The notes below the pieces were generated by a model. The model had not been told where the DNA came from. It saw nothing but the letters and a program-made list of their open reading frames with translations, and did not search any database. A stretch of DNA of 64,000 nt from Longimicrobiales bacterium (GTDB lineage: Bacteria; Gemmatimonadota; Gemmatimonadetes; Longimicrobiales; Gaopeijiaceae): positions 1,823-65,822 of the forward strand of contig DATHRY010000059.1 in the NCBI GenBank assembly GCA_035464715.1. The letters are read 5' to 3'. Position 1 is the first letter of the stretch, and every line of letters begins with the position of its first letter. Shown one piece after another: positions 29,496-38,417 of the stretch. A program made the position numbers and the translations under genes.

Positions 29496-29804
29496 TCAGA
29501 TCGCCCGGATCAGGGCCTCGTCCTCGTGGACCTCCTCCTGCATCCGCTCGAGGATCGCCCGCGCGCGGTTCCGCAGCAGGGGACGGGGCTCCCAGGAGAT
29601 GAAGTCCCGGAGCAGCGTGATCAGGTCCACACTGGCCGGCGCGTTTCGCAGGTGCGACAAAGCCGCGAGCCTGCGCAGGGAGTGAGGGCTGAAGAGGTCT
29701 CGCCGCGCACGGGACACCTGGTCCCGCACCACGAGGGTGACGGCGACGCCGGCCGCCGCGATGGCGAGTCCCGTGATCAATGCGATCCTGCCCTTCCGTG
29801 TCAT
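29496..29804 (-). CDS. Small membrane-anchored hypothetical protein
   Basis: 102 aa with one N-terminal TM helix (IALITGLAIAAAGVAVTLVV) and a helical tail. No roadblock/LC7 (MglB) features. Confidence 0.45.
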   Translation of the reverse strand: MTRKGRIALITGLAIAAAGVAVTLVVRDQVSRARRDLFSPHSLRRLAALSHLRNAPASVDLITLLRDFISWEPRPLLRNRARAILERMQEEVHEDEALIRAI

Positions 29805-29861
29805 GGTCCTTCACGTCCCGGATTCGAAGTCAACTTCGGTCGTGCCTCAAATGTACATCAT

Positions 29862-29881
29862 GTGCCCCCCTCCGGGGGCAC
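29862..29881 (-). terminator. GC-rich hairpin immediately after the recR stop
   Basis: GTGCCCCC-ctcc-GGGGGCAC, an 8-bp perfect stem with a 4-nt loop. On the minus strand it is followed by ATGATGTACATTTGAGG, which is only weakly T-rich. Confidence 0.45.
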
Positions 29882-29884
29882 GAC

Positions 29885-30478
29885 CTACATCTCCCTCCGC
29901 CCGGTCAGGGCTTCCGCCAGGGTGCTTCCGTCCACGTACTCCAGATCGCTCCCCACCGGAATGCCCCGGGCGAGGCGCGTAACCCGCACACCTTCGGGGC
30001 GGAACAAGCCCTCCAGATAGACCGCCGTGGCCTCCCCCTCCACCCCGGAGCTGGTGGCGAGGATGATCTCTTCGACCCGCTGCCCGGCCTCCCGGACCCG
30101 GTCCACCAACGACGCGACGTTGAGCTCGTCGGGCCCGATCCCGTCCAGGGGGGACAGATGGCCGCCCAGGACGTGGTAGGTCCCCCGGAACCCCCCCGTC
30201 CGCTCCACTGCCGCCACCTCGTAGGCCTCCTCCACCACGCAGATCACCGAAGCATCCCGCCTCGGGTTCCCGCACACGATGCAGAGCGCCTCCTCCGCGA
30301 AGTTCCCGCAACGGGGGCACGGGTGGACCCGCTCCACGGCCGTGCGGATGGCCCCTGCGAGACGCCGGGCGTCGTCGGACGACCCCTTCAGGAGGTGGTA
30401 GACGAGGCGTTGGGCGGTCTTGGGGCCGACCCCGGGGAGCCGCCCGAACTCTCGGGCCAGCTCCTCGATGACCGACAC
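29885..30478 (-). CDS. recR: Recombination protein RecR
   Basis: LPGVGPKTAQRL helix-hairpin-helix, C4 zinc finger CPRCGNF...CIVC, and Toprim (VCVVEE...ATSSGVEGEATA). GTG start at 30478. Confidence 0.9.
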   Translation of the reverse strand: MSVIEELAREFGRLPGVGPKTAQRLVYHLLKGSSDDARRLAGAIRTAVERVHPCPRCGNFAEEALCIVCGNPRRDASVICVVEEAYEVAAVERTGGFRGTYHVLGGHLSPLDGIGPDELNVASLVDRVREAGQRVEEIILATSSGVEGEATAVYLEGLFRPEGVRVTRLARGIPVGSDLEYVDGSTLAEALTGRREM

Positions 30479-30483
30479 CGGGG

Positions 30484-30798
30484 CTACATGCCGGGCAGGG
30501 GGAACGGGAGGCCGCCGGCGGCCTTCCGCATCTCCTGCTCGTAGACCTCTCGGGCCTTCGTCTGGGCCTGATTGACCGCCGCGAGGACCAAGTCCTCGAG
30601 CATCTCGACGTCGTCGGGGTCCACCCACGCCGGGTCGATCTTGATCCGCTTGACCTCGCCCTTGCCGTCGGCGGTGACCTCGACCATGCCGCCCCCGGAG
30701 CTCGTCGTGACGGTCTGATGATCCAGCGATTCCTGCAGCTTCGTCATACGGGCCTGCAGTTGTTGGCCCATCTGCATGAGCTGAGAGAGATCGGTCAT
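30484..30798 (-). CDS. ybaB: Nucleoid-associated protein YbaB/EbfC
   Basis: 104 aa with the typical L..Q.Q..M..LQE...........GGGMV.V...G pattern, lying between dnaX and recR. Confidence 0.9.
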   Translation of the reverse strand: MTDLSQLMQMGQQLQARMTKLQESLDHQTVTTSSGGGMVEVTADGKGEVKRIKIDPAWVDPDDVEMLEDLVLAAVNQAQTKAREVYEQEMRKAAGGLPFPLPGM

Positions 30799-30876
30799 TC
30801 GGGTACGCCCCTCCGTCGGGTAGAAACTCGAAAAGGAGCCGCTACCGGCGGCCCTCGTAGTCCCCTCTACGGGCTG

Positions 30877-32796
30877 TCAGTCCAGCAACTCGAGATCCAG
30901 TTCTTGTACCGCATGCTCCAGGGCGGGTTCCTCGCGGATGAGCTCCCGGAGCCGGCCTTCACGGACCCCTTCCTGCGAGATCCGGTCGATCCCGGAAGTC
31001 GTCCCGGACACCACCACCTCCAGCTCCACCGACGCCCGGCCCAGCACCGCGGCGAGGGAGCAGGCCAGCGCGGTCCGGTGCCGCGTCTCGAGGCGGTCCG
31101 CGACCGGCGCGGGAACGGGGAGCACGAGATGCCCATCGCCGGACCCCGGACCCGGCTCGCAGCCCATCAGGAAGCCTACGGCCCCGGGGGGGAGATCCTC
31201 CGTCGAGGCCACGGCCCTGGCCCAGGCCTCCTGGAGGTCCCGTGGTGGGTCGGGTCCCGCGGCGCCCGGAGACGGCTCGGGAGCGGGGGCCGCAAGGGTG
31301 TCGCCTACATCCGCCGGCTCGGGCTCGGAGGCAGCCGCGGACGGCCCGGAGGGCGGTGCGGGTGCGGACGGAGCGGGGGTGGATGCAGGGGGCTGCGGGG
31401 CGGCCGGCGGCACGGCTCCCTGCCCGGTCGCTTCGTCCCCGTGCTCCGCCTGGGGGGACGCTCCCGGGCCCTCGTCCAGCGACTCCGAGGAGGCCGGCGC
31501 GACACCGGTCTCCGGGACCCCACCGGTGGCGGGAGCCGCGGACTCGTCGGGAACGGGGACGCCGGAGTGTTCTGGCAGCCCCGGGGCTTCGCTCCGCTCA
31601 GACTCCGCCGGGGGCGCCGGCGGCCCGGGAGGGTCGCCGAGAGGGGCACCCCCGAGCCCCCGGAGGAGCTCCTCCAGCCCGACCGTCCGATCCAGATACC
31701 CGAGCCGGAGCAGAAGCATCTCGAGGAGGAGCCGGGGATTCCCGCTGCGGCGAAGGCTCCCGCTGGCTTCGAGCTCCGACGCCAGGGAGAGCATCCGAAC
31801 CAGGTCCTCCGGCGCGTAGCCCTCCGCCCGGCGCTGGAAATCCCCACGGAGGTGGTCCGAAAGCTCGGGCACGGGCTCGCCCGGCGTCAGCCGGATCCGG
31901 AGCAGCGTGCGCAGGTTGTCGACAAGCCCCCCGTAGAACTCACTCAGGTCGTACCCCTCGTCGAGGAGGGTCTGCACGAAGGCGAAGATCTCACCGTGCC
32001 GGCGCTCGTGGAGGAGATCGAGGAGCGCCAGGTAGCGTTCCTCCTCCACGAGGCCGAGGACCCTCCGGACCGCCTCCTGGGTGATCTCGCCGCCGGAGAG
32101 CGCCAGGACCTGATCCAGGAGCGACAGCCCGTCCCGCATGCCTCCGTCCGCCTTCCGTGCCAGGATGCGCAAGGCATCCTCGGGGGCCTCCTGCCCCTCG
32201 GCCTCGAGAACCTGCTGGAGCCGCAAGACGATCTCCGAGACGCCGATGCGCCGGAAGTCGAAGCGCTGACACCTGGAGAGGATCGGGGCGGCGGCCTGCT
32301 GGATCTTCTGGGGCTCGGTCGTGGCGAACACGAAGATCACCCGGGGGGGCGGCTCCTCCAGGATCTTGAGGAGGGCGTTCCAGGCCTCCCGGGTGAGCAT
32401 GTGGGCCTCGTCGACGATGTACACCTTGTGGCGGTGCTCATCGGACGGCGCGTACATGGCCCGCTCCCGCAGGTCCCGGGCGTCGTCCACTCCCCGATTG
32501 GAGGCGGCGTCGATCTCGACGACGTCCAGGGCGGTGTGGCCGGACCAGATCCGCTGGCAGCTCTCGCAGACCCCGCAAGGCTCTCCGCCCTCCTCCCGCT
32601 CCGGGCAGTTGAGGGCCATGGCCAGGACGCGGGCCAGGGTGGTCTTCCCCACCCCACGCGGTCCGCAGAAGAGATACGCGTGGGCGACCCGGTCCCCCGC
32701 CACCGCACGACGGAGCGTCTCGGAGACGTGCTCCTGTACGGCCACCTCGGCGAAGCGCCGGGGACGGTACCTGCGGGCGAGGGCTTGGTGCGACAT
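30877..32796 (-). CDS. dnaX: DNA polymerase III subunit gamma/tau
   Basis: ALARRYRPRRFAEV, HAYLFCGPRGVGKTT, zinc module CGVCESC, and Walker B YIVDEAHML. A long Pro/Ala-rich linker spans about 31200-31650. ATG at 32796. Confidence 0.9.
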   Translation of the reverse strand: MSHQALARRYRPRRFAEVAVQEHVSETLRRAVAGDRVAHAYLFCGPRGVGKTTLARVLAMALNCPEREEGGEPCGVCESCQRIWSGHTALDVVEIDAASNRGVDDARDLRERAMYAPSDEHRHKVYIVDEAHMLTREAWNALLKILEEPPPRVIFVFATTEPQKIQQAAAPILSRCQRFDFRRIGVSEIVLRLQQVLEAEGQEAPEDALRILARKADGGMRDGLSLLDQVLALSGGEITQEAVRRVLGLVEEERYLALLDLLHERRHGEIFAFVQTLLDEGYDLSEFYGGLVDNLRTLLRIRLTPGEPVPELSDHLRGDFQRRAEGYAPEDLVRMLSLASELEASGSLRRSGNPRLLLEMLLLRLGYLDRTVGLEELLRGLGGAPLGDPPGPPAPPAESERSEAPGLPEHSGVPVPDESAAPATGGVPETGVAPASSESLDEGPGASPQAEHGDEATGQGAVPPAAPQPPASTPAPSAPAPPSGPSAAASEPEPADVGDTLAAPAPEPSPGAAGPDPPRDLQEAWARAVASTEDLPPGAVGFLMGCEPGPGSGDGHLVLPVPAPVADRLETRHRTALACSLAAVLGRASVELEVVVSGTTSGIDRISQEGVREGRLRELIREEPALEHAVQELDLELLD

Positions 32797-32821
32797 GCGC
32801 CGGGTGGAGGCCGGATCGGAT

Positions 32822-32829
32822 AAAAAAAA
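32822..32829 (-). terminator. U8 tract directly 3' of the SRP-RNA closing helix
   Basis: Plus-strand AAAAAAAA, the only long A/T run in the window. It lies immediately after a 10-bp GC-rich closing stem. Confidence 0.5.
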
Positions 32830-32930
32830 GTGCCCCAGGCTACCCGCAGCGGCGATCACCACACGTACCGCTGCTACCGGCAAGGTCCTGACGGGGTTGG
32901 CGGGCTCCCGCCCTGCGGACCTGGGGCACC
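32830..32930 (-). ncRNA. ffs: Signal recognition particle RNA (small 4.5S type)
   Basis: A 101-nt long hairpin on the minus strand with closing helices GUGCCCCAGG/CCUGGGGCAC and CCGCAG/CUGCGG. The apical region reads CCGUCAGGACC-UUGCC-GGUAGCAGCGG, against the conserved GUCAGGUCC-GGAA-GGAAGCAGC. It sits directly upstream of dnaX-ybaB-recR, a position common in many bacteria. Confidence 0.65.
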
Positions 32931-33047
32931 TCTGATGGTAGTGTGACGCGGCGGGGCGGGTCAACGCCCGACCCACCCTCCGGGCGCGGCCTGCCGCGAG
33001 ACCTTAGCTTGGCTGCGCCACGACACCGCCCCTTCTGCAGGACGCCC

Positions 33048-33539
33048 ATGGACCTCCCCGGTCTCGACCTGACCACCATCGGGTCCGACGTGATCCGGAT
33101 CGCCGTCGCCTACCTCCTGGCGCTCCCGGTGGCGTGGGAGCGGGAGCAAGGGGCCCGAAGCGCCGGGCTCAGGACCTTCCCGCTGGTGGCGACCGCGAGT
33201 TGTGGCTACGTGATGGTGGGATTGTCGGTGGTCGAAGGCTCCGATGCCCTCAGTCGCATCCTGTACGGATTGATGACGGGGATCGGGTTCATCGGCGGGG
33301 GCGCCATCCTCAAGCACCACAAGGTGGTGCGGGGCACGGCAACGGCCGCCAGCATCTGGAACACCGGGGCCATCGGTGCGGCCGTCGCCTTCGACCGCAC
33401 CGAGATCGCCGTGGTCCTGAGCGTGATCAACTTCCTCACGCTTCGGTTGGGTGGGAAGCTCAAGGAGCGGGTCCATCGACCGGCGGGGTCACCGGAGCCG
33501 CCCGACGATCCCATGGACACCCTGAGCCAGGAGCGCTGA
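33048..33539 (+). CDS. MgtC/SapB-family membrane protein
   Basis: RIAVAYLLALPVAWERE..GLRTF, TGIGFIGGGAIL, GTATAASIWNTGAIG. Confidence 0.8.
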   Translation: MDLPGLDLTTIGSDVIRIAVAYLLALPVAWEREQGARSAGLRTFPLVATASCGYVMVGLSVVEGSDALSRILYGLMTGIGFIGGGAILKHHKVVRGTATAASIWNTGAIGAAVAFDRTEIAVVLSVINFLTLRLGGKLKERVHRPAGSPEPPDDPMDTLSQER

Positions 33540-33544
33540 GGGGC

Positions 33545-34582
33545 TCAGCCTCCGACGCTCTTGGAGCCACCCAGCCGCAACCCCTCGAGTCCCTTGGCCT
33601 CGTCGATGAACAGCTGGAGGTGCGGGAAGGGGATCTCGATGTCGGCCGCCGCCAGCGCCTTCCGGATCTTCTCCGTGTACTCGAAGCGAAGGGGTACGGA
33701 GAGGGCGGCGTCCCGGACGTGGACCCGCAGCAGCATGTCGACGCTCGAATTGTTCAGGGCCACCACGACCATGTCCGGCGCCGGGTCCTTCACCAGGCGG
33801 TCGTCCCCCTGCACGGTGCCCAGGACAACCTCCCGCGTCTGGTCGATGTCCTCCTTGTAGGCCACGCCGAAGGGGATCTCCACACGGAGGGGAAGGTGGG
33901 CCGACTGGTTCGTGACCGCCTGGTTCACCATCTGCTCGTTGGGGATCACCACCACCTCGCGGCTCCGGGTCTCGATCCGGGTGGAGCGCAGGCTGAGGTC
34001 CCGGACCCGGCCCTCGGTGTCCCCCACCTTGACCCAGTCCCCCACCTGGAAGGGCCGGTCCATGAGGATCGTCACCCCGGCGATGAAGTTGGCCAGGGAC
34101 TCCTGCGCCGCGAACCCCACGGCAAGCCCCGCGATGCCCAGACCGGCGATCACCGCCGAGACGTTCAGGCCCAGTTGGGACAGGGCCACCAGGCCGATGA
34201 AGCCCACCCCGAGCACCCGGAGGGTCTTCACCACCATGGTGTGCGCCCCGCGACTGACCCGGCGGCCTCGCTTGAGGAGGCGGTCGACGGCCCCCAGGGC
34301 GATCCGGTACAGCACGTAGAGCGCCAGGGCGACGAAGGCGGCGCTGAAGAGCTTGGGCAGCATGGACGCCGTGGCCCGGACGAAGCCGTCGGCGAGGAGG
34401 GCCATGAGCCCGCTCCAATCGCCCTCGAAGAGGAGCCGGCCGGCGCTCGAGACCTCCTCCCCGAGGGTGCTGAACACATCGGAAGCCGAGTCGGCCGCCG
34501 CAGGGGGCACGGTGTCCTGGGACTGACCCAGGATGGCGTCCACGGGCGTCTGCAGGATGCGAAGGAGTAGGCCGGGGGTCAT
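33545..34582 (-). CDS. Mechanosensitive ion channel (MscS family)
   Basis: Three N-terminal TM helices, then the MscS core (SLANFIAGVTILMDRPFQVGDWVKVGDTEGRVRDLSLRSTRI.T). Confidence 0.85.
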   Translation of the reverse strand: MTPGLLLRILQTPVDAILGQSQDTVPPAAADSASDVFSTLGEEVSSAGRLLFEGDWSGLMALLADGFVRATASMLPKLFSAAFVALALYVLYRIALGAVDRLLKRGRRVSRGAHTMVVKTLRVLGVGFIGLVALSQLGLNVSAVIAGLGIAGLAVGFAAQESLANFIAGVTILMDRPFQVGDWVKVGDTEGRVRDLSLRSTRIETRSREVVVIPNEQMVNQAVTNQSAHLPLRVEIPFGVAYKEDIDQTREVVLGTVQGDDRLVKDPAPDMVVVALNNSSVDMLLRVHVRDAALSVPLRFEYTEKIRKALAAADIEIPFPHLQLFIDEAKGLEGLRLGGSKSVGG

Positions 34583-34661
34583 AGGGACCTGCGCCGGGGG
34601 GGACGGGACCGGATCCCGTGTGGCACCCCCGATACCGGGGGAAAGGTCCGGAGCCGGGGCG

Positions 34662-35060
34662 TCAGGCCCAGTAGTCCACTACGGTCACGACGAGCCGCCC
34701 GCCGCCGTCCTCTCCGGGCGCGAAACCCGGTGTCTCCGGATAGAGGACGAGCTTGTGCCCCCCGGGGATGCCCACCAGGAAGCGCCGGGTGGTTCCTTGC
34801 GGGACGCGGACGGTGGTGAGGGACGTCGCAGGGTTCGCCGCGTCGGGATCCTGGGTGTAGGCCGCCACCACGTCGAACACCACGTCGGGGACGTCCTCGC
34901 CCCCCCACTCCGGCTGCGCCTCCACCAGGACCACGGTCTCCTCTTTCGCGAAGCTCTCGAAGACCGTGAAGGCGGCCCTGCCCTCCCCCTGGCTCGACGC
35001 CCGGAGGGAATGCGGGAAGGGATTGAAGACGAGATTCGTGGCGTTGGATTCGATGGTCAT
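34662..35060 (-). CDS. Hypothetical soluble protein
   Basis: 132 aa from the ATG at 35060. Beta-rich with coding-like composition. No family recognised. Confidence 0.45.
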   Translation of the reverse strand: MTIESNATNLVFNPFPHSLRASSQGEGRAAFTVFESFAKEETVVLVEAQPEWGGEDVPDVVFDVVAAYTQDPDAANPATSLTTVRVPQGTTRRFLVGIPGGHKLVLYPETPGFAPGEDGGGRLVVTVVDYWA

Positions 35061-35190
35061 CGGCGGACGGCCTCCTCGGCGGCTCAGGTCCCTCCGGACC
35101 ATCCGGACGGGTGGGTCTGTGTGCCGCGGTCGCACCCCCTGCATGTAAGCCGGGGCGTCCCGAGCCGGCAAGGGCCGCCGGGGTCCCGCC

Positions 35191-36990
35191 TCACGGGTCC
35201 TCCACGACGCGCCAGACCCGCTGAGCCCCCAGGGCCGCGGGTGCCGGGAGCTCACGGAACCCCGGTGGAGGATCGCCTGCCAGGAGTCGCTCGAGGAGGG
35301 TCGGGCCTTCTCCCGGCGCCGACGGTGCGAAGGCTCGATCCCGGGACGGACAGGCCACCAGGAAGTGCGCCCCCAGACGCCGGGCCCGGTCCGCTGCCGT
35401 CGTGCCGTCGGTGTGGGTGAAGAGGTCGTACACCGCCCGGATTCCATGTCTGTTGCGGTGGTACGGCGTGGCCAGGACCCGGTGGGGCGTCCGGTAGAGG
35501 AGCACGGGGCCCAGGTCCATGTGGGCCGCCACCGTCCACGGCCCCGGCCCCAGGGGGCCCGCCGGATCCAGGAACGCCGCCACGGCCTCCATGTCGCAGG
35601 ACGACGGGGGCTCGGCGAGGGAATCCGTCGGGGCATCGGGGGCCAGGGCCACCATGGCTCCACCGACCACGAGGGGCCCCAGCAGGAGGACCCCGAGGGC
35701 GGCGATCCTGGGTGCCAGAGGTTCCGGCGAGATCGCCTCCACCCCACGGAAGCGACCGGCGAGAACGGCCGCGGCGGCGGGGCCCGCCAGCACCCCCACG
35801 TAGGTCACCCAGCGCACCTGGACCAGGGCGATCCCCAGGAAGAGGACCAGCCCGGCCAGGAGCAGGCCCCGCCCGCCTCCCCCGTCCCGCCGGACCCGCG
35901 CGGCCAGCCACACCGTTACGGCCACGGCGCACCCCGTGACCACGACGAGCACGCCGGCCCTCGTGAGGTCGACGGGGAGGAGTCGCGGCTGAAGCTCCGG
36001 GACCTGCGAGAGCCAGCGGCGCACGACGGGATCCGTGACGGCCACCATGGGCCCGCCGAAGAACCCCGGCGCGGCCAGCCACACCACCAGCCCCGCACCT
36101 GCCGCGGTGGCGAGCCCCACCACGGCCCGTCCCCGGGCTGATCGGTCTGCCTCCGTGCCGATCCGGGTCGCCGCCACCCAGACCCCGGCGGCCAGCGCCG
36201 TCACGAGGAGGTGGACCCACGACAGGCGGTCGTAGGCGGCCATGCCCAGGTCCGGCGCCCGCTCGAGGAGGAGGGCCGCCGCCACCCCCGCCGCCAGAGC
36301 GCCGGTCCATCGGCGCTGGAAGACGCCCGTGATCCCTCCCTGCCCGACCCATACCGCCATCCCGGTCGCCAGGAAGAGGGCCAGGGGCAGGAGGAACTCG
36401 GTGCTCGTCCACAGGCCCAGCGCGCACGACAGCCCCAGGCCCCAGGCCCAGGATCGCCGTTCGGGTTCTTCCAGGCCCCGGAGCGCGAAGCCCAGCGCCG
36501 CGGCGAAACAGAGCAGGATGAGGGCGTGATGGTCGGCGCGACCCACGCGGCCGTAGAACACCAGGGCGGGCTGCGCCAGGAGGACCACGGGGACGGCGAA
36601 GCGCAGGCGGGGGTCTCCCACCGGGGCCGCGGCCCAGGTGGCCACCAGCAGGATGGCGAAGAGCAGGAGAGGAGGGACGACGATGGCCGCCGACCGGAGC
36701 CCGTCGTCGAGCCCACCGATTGGGGCGACCACGCCCACGGCGGCCAGCAGCACCACGTCCATGGGCCGCGTCCAGTGCAGGGTGTCCCCGTCGGGCCAGT
36801 TCGCCCGCTCCAGAGTGGCGTCGAACCAGGAGCCGCCCGTGGCCAGTTCACGGACGCGCAGGAGCCGGGTGTAGTCGTCGGTGTCCAGGTAGCGCTGACC
36901 CGAACGCACCTCCGGAGGGGTCAGGAGGGTCGTGAAGGTCCCCACCGCCACCGCCAGGACGACCAGACCCGCCGCGAACCGACCGTTCAT
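35191..36990 (-). CDS. Polytopic membrane protein, GT-C-fold glycosyltransferase-like (STT3/ArnT/PMT-like)
   Basis: 599 aa with more than 10 TM helices. An acidic motif YLDTDDYTRLLRVRE lies in the first extracytoplasmic loop after TM1, and a soluble C-terminal domain of about 150 aa follows. ATGA overlap with the upstream symporter. Confidence 0.45.
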   Translation of the reverse strand: MNGRFAAGLVVLAVAVGTFTTLLTPPEVRSGQRYLDTDDYTRLLRVRELATGGSWFDATLERANWPDGDTLHWTRPMDVVLLAAVGVVAPIGGLDDGLRSAAIVVPPLLLFAILLVATWAAAPVGDPRLRFAVPVVLLAQPALVFYGRVGRADHHALILLCFAAALGFALRGLEEPERRSWAWGLGLSCALGLWTSTEFLLPLALFLATGMAVWVGQGGITGVFQRRWTGALAAGVAAALLLERAPDLGMAAYDRLSWVHLLVTALAAGVWVAATRIGTEADRSARGRAVVGLATAAGAGLVVWLAAPGFFGGPMVAVTDPVVRRWLSQVPELQPRLLPVDLTRAGVLVVVTGCAVAVTVWLAARVRRDGGGGRGLLLAGLVLFLGIALVQVRWVTYVGVLAGPAAAAVLAGRFRGVEAISPEPLAPRIAALGVLLLGPLVVGGAMVALAPDAPTDSLAEPPSSCDMEAVAAFLDPAGPLGPGPWTVAAHMDLGPVLLYRTPHRVLATPYHRNRHGIRAVYDLFTHTDGTTAADRARRLGAHFLVACPSRDRAFAPSAPGEGPTLLERLLAGDPPPGFRELPAPAALGAQRVWRVVEDP

Positions 36991-38417
36991 GCGGCGTCGG
37001 GACGGTCGCGATACGGCGCCAGGGGGTCCCCCGCGGGTGCGGGCGTGGCCAGGCTCACTCCCCAGAGCAGGACGAAGGACACCACCACGCCCGGAAGGAC
37101 CGGATCGACGGTCTCGGAACCGAAGGCCTCCCACAGGAAGGTGGCTCCGGCGCCGCCGATCATCGCGGCCAGCGCCCCCTGGCGGGTCGCCCGCGCCCAG
37201 TAGACCCCCAGGACCACCGGGGCGAAGAAGGCCGCGGCCATGAGGGCCGAGAAGAGGAGGACGATGAACTGGACCAGCTCCCCCTCCCCGACGCCACTGG
37301 CCAGAAGGAGGAGGGGGACCACGCCCACCACGACGATTCCCAGCCGGTCGATCCACAACCGGGTGCGGCGGGAGGCCCGCTCGCCGGCCCAGGTGCCGTA
37401 GAGGTCGTGGGACAGGGCCGATCCGGCCACGAGCAGGAGGGAGTCGACGGTGGACATCATCGCCGCCGTGACCGCGGCCAGCATCAGGGCACCCAGGACC
37501 CCCGGGAGGACGGTGGTGGCCACCAGGGGCATGGCCAGATCTCCCGTGGGCAAGGCCGGAAAGAGGACCCGGGCCGACAGCGCCAGCAGGAAGACGAGGA
37601 GGTTCATCCCGGTGGTCAGGACCACCGCGAGGAGGATCCCCCGGCGGACGGTGGACATGTCCCGCATGGCGTAGAGCCGCACCAGCTTCTCGGGGGTGCT
37701 GACCGAGCCCAGGGTGAACGCCACCGCCATGGTGAACAGGAGCGGTCCCGGCAGGGCGCCCCACGAGAAGGTCCCGGGGTCCGCCACCCGCACCCAGGAG
37801 AGGAGTCCGTCCAGTCCCCCGAGGTGTCGCAGGACCATCGGCACCGCGGCCATCGCCCCCAACGTCATGACGGCGAGCTGCAGGATGTCGGTGTAGACCA
37901 CGGCCACCATGCCACCCACCATCGTGTAGACGATCAGGAGGGCGGTGAAGCCGGTCATCCCCCACAGGGTGGGGATCCCGAAGAGGGTGTTGGCCACGAG
38001 CCCTCCGGCGACCACCTGGGCCTGGATGTAGACCACGGTGGCCAGGAGGATGATGATGGCCGCGGCGGTGCGCACGACCCGCGAGCCGTACCGGGTCTCG
38101 AGGAAGGCCGGCAGCGTCAGCTCCCGGACCCGGGTGAAGCGGGGGGCCAGGAACACCGCCATGAAGCCGTAGGCGACCGGGATCGTCAGCACCAGCCACG
38201 CGAAGGACCAGCCCACCGTGTAGATCACCCCTACCGTGCCGATGAAGGTGCCCGCGGAGGCGTGGGTCGCGGCCAATGTGGCGCCGCCGGTGAGCCATCC
38301 GAGCCGCCCTCCCGCGATCCAGTAGTCCGACTCGTCCCGTGTCCGCCGCAGGGCCCACGCCCCCAGGGCGAAGAGCGCCGCGAAGTAGCACCCGAAGACC
38401 CAGAGAGGCGCCGTCAT
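36987..38417 (-). CDS. Sodium:solute symporter (SSS family)
   Basis: 476 aa with about 13 TM helices. Contains DYWIAGGRLGW, LPAFLETRYGS and VYTDILQ. Confidence 0.8.
   Translation of the reverse strand: MTAPLWVFGCYFAALFALGAWALRRTRDESDYWIAGGRLGWLTGGATLAATHASAGTFIGTVGVIYTVGWSFAWLVLTIPVAYGFMAVFLAPRFTRVRELTLPAFLETRYGSRVVRTAAAIIILLATVVYIQAQVVAGGLVANTLFGIPTLWGMTGFTALLIVYTMVGGMVAVVYTDILQLAVMTLGAMAAVPMVLRHLGGLDGLLSWVRVADPGTFSWGALPGPLLFTMAVAFTLGSVSTPEKLVRLYAMRDMSTVRRGILLAVVLTTGMNLLVFLLALSARVLFPALPTGDLAMPLVATTVLPGVLGALMLAAVTAAMMSTVDSLLLVAGSALSHDLYGTWAGERASRRTRLWIDRLGIVVVGVVPLLLLASGVGEGELVQFIVLLFSALMAAAFFAPVVLGVYWARATRQGALAAMIGGAGATFLWEAFGSETVDPVLPGVVVSFVLLWGVSLATPAPAGDPLAPYRDRPDAA

Noticed and set aside
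30877-32796. A programmed frameshift or slippage site in dnaX for gamma-subunit production.
   Set aside because: There is no A-rich slippery heptamer or homopolymer inside the gene. The only A/T run (32822-32829) is upstream of the start and belongs to the ffs terminator.
32817-32830. The A8 run as a scar of a mobile-element insertion or a poly-A retroelement tail.
   Set aside because: There are no flanking direct repeats and no transposase or reverse-transcriptase ORF. The position immediately 3' of a strong RNA hairpin fits an intrinsic terminator.
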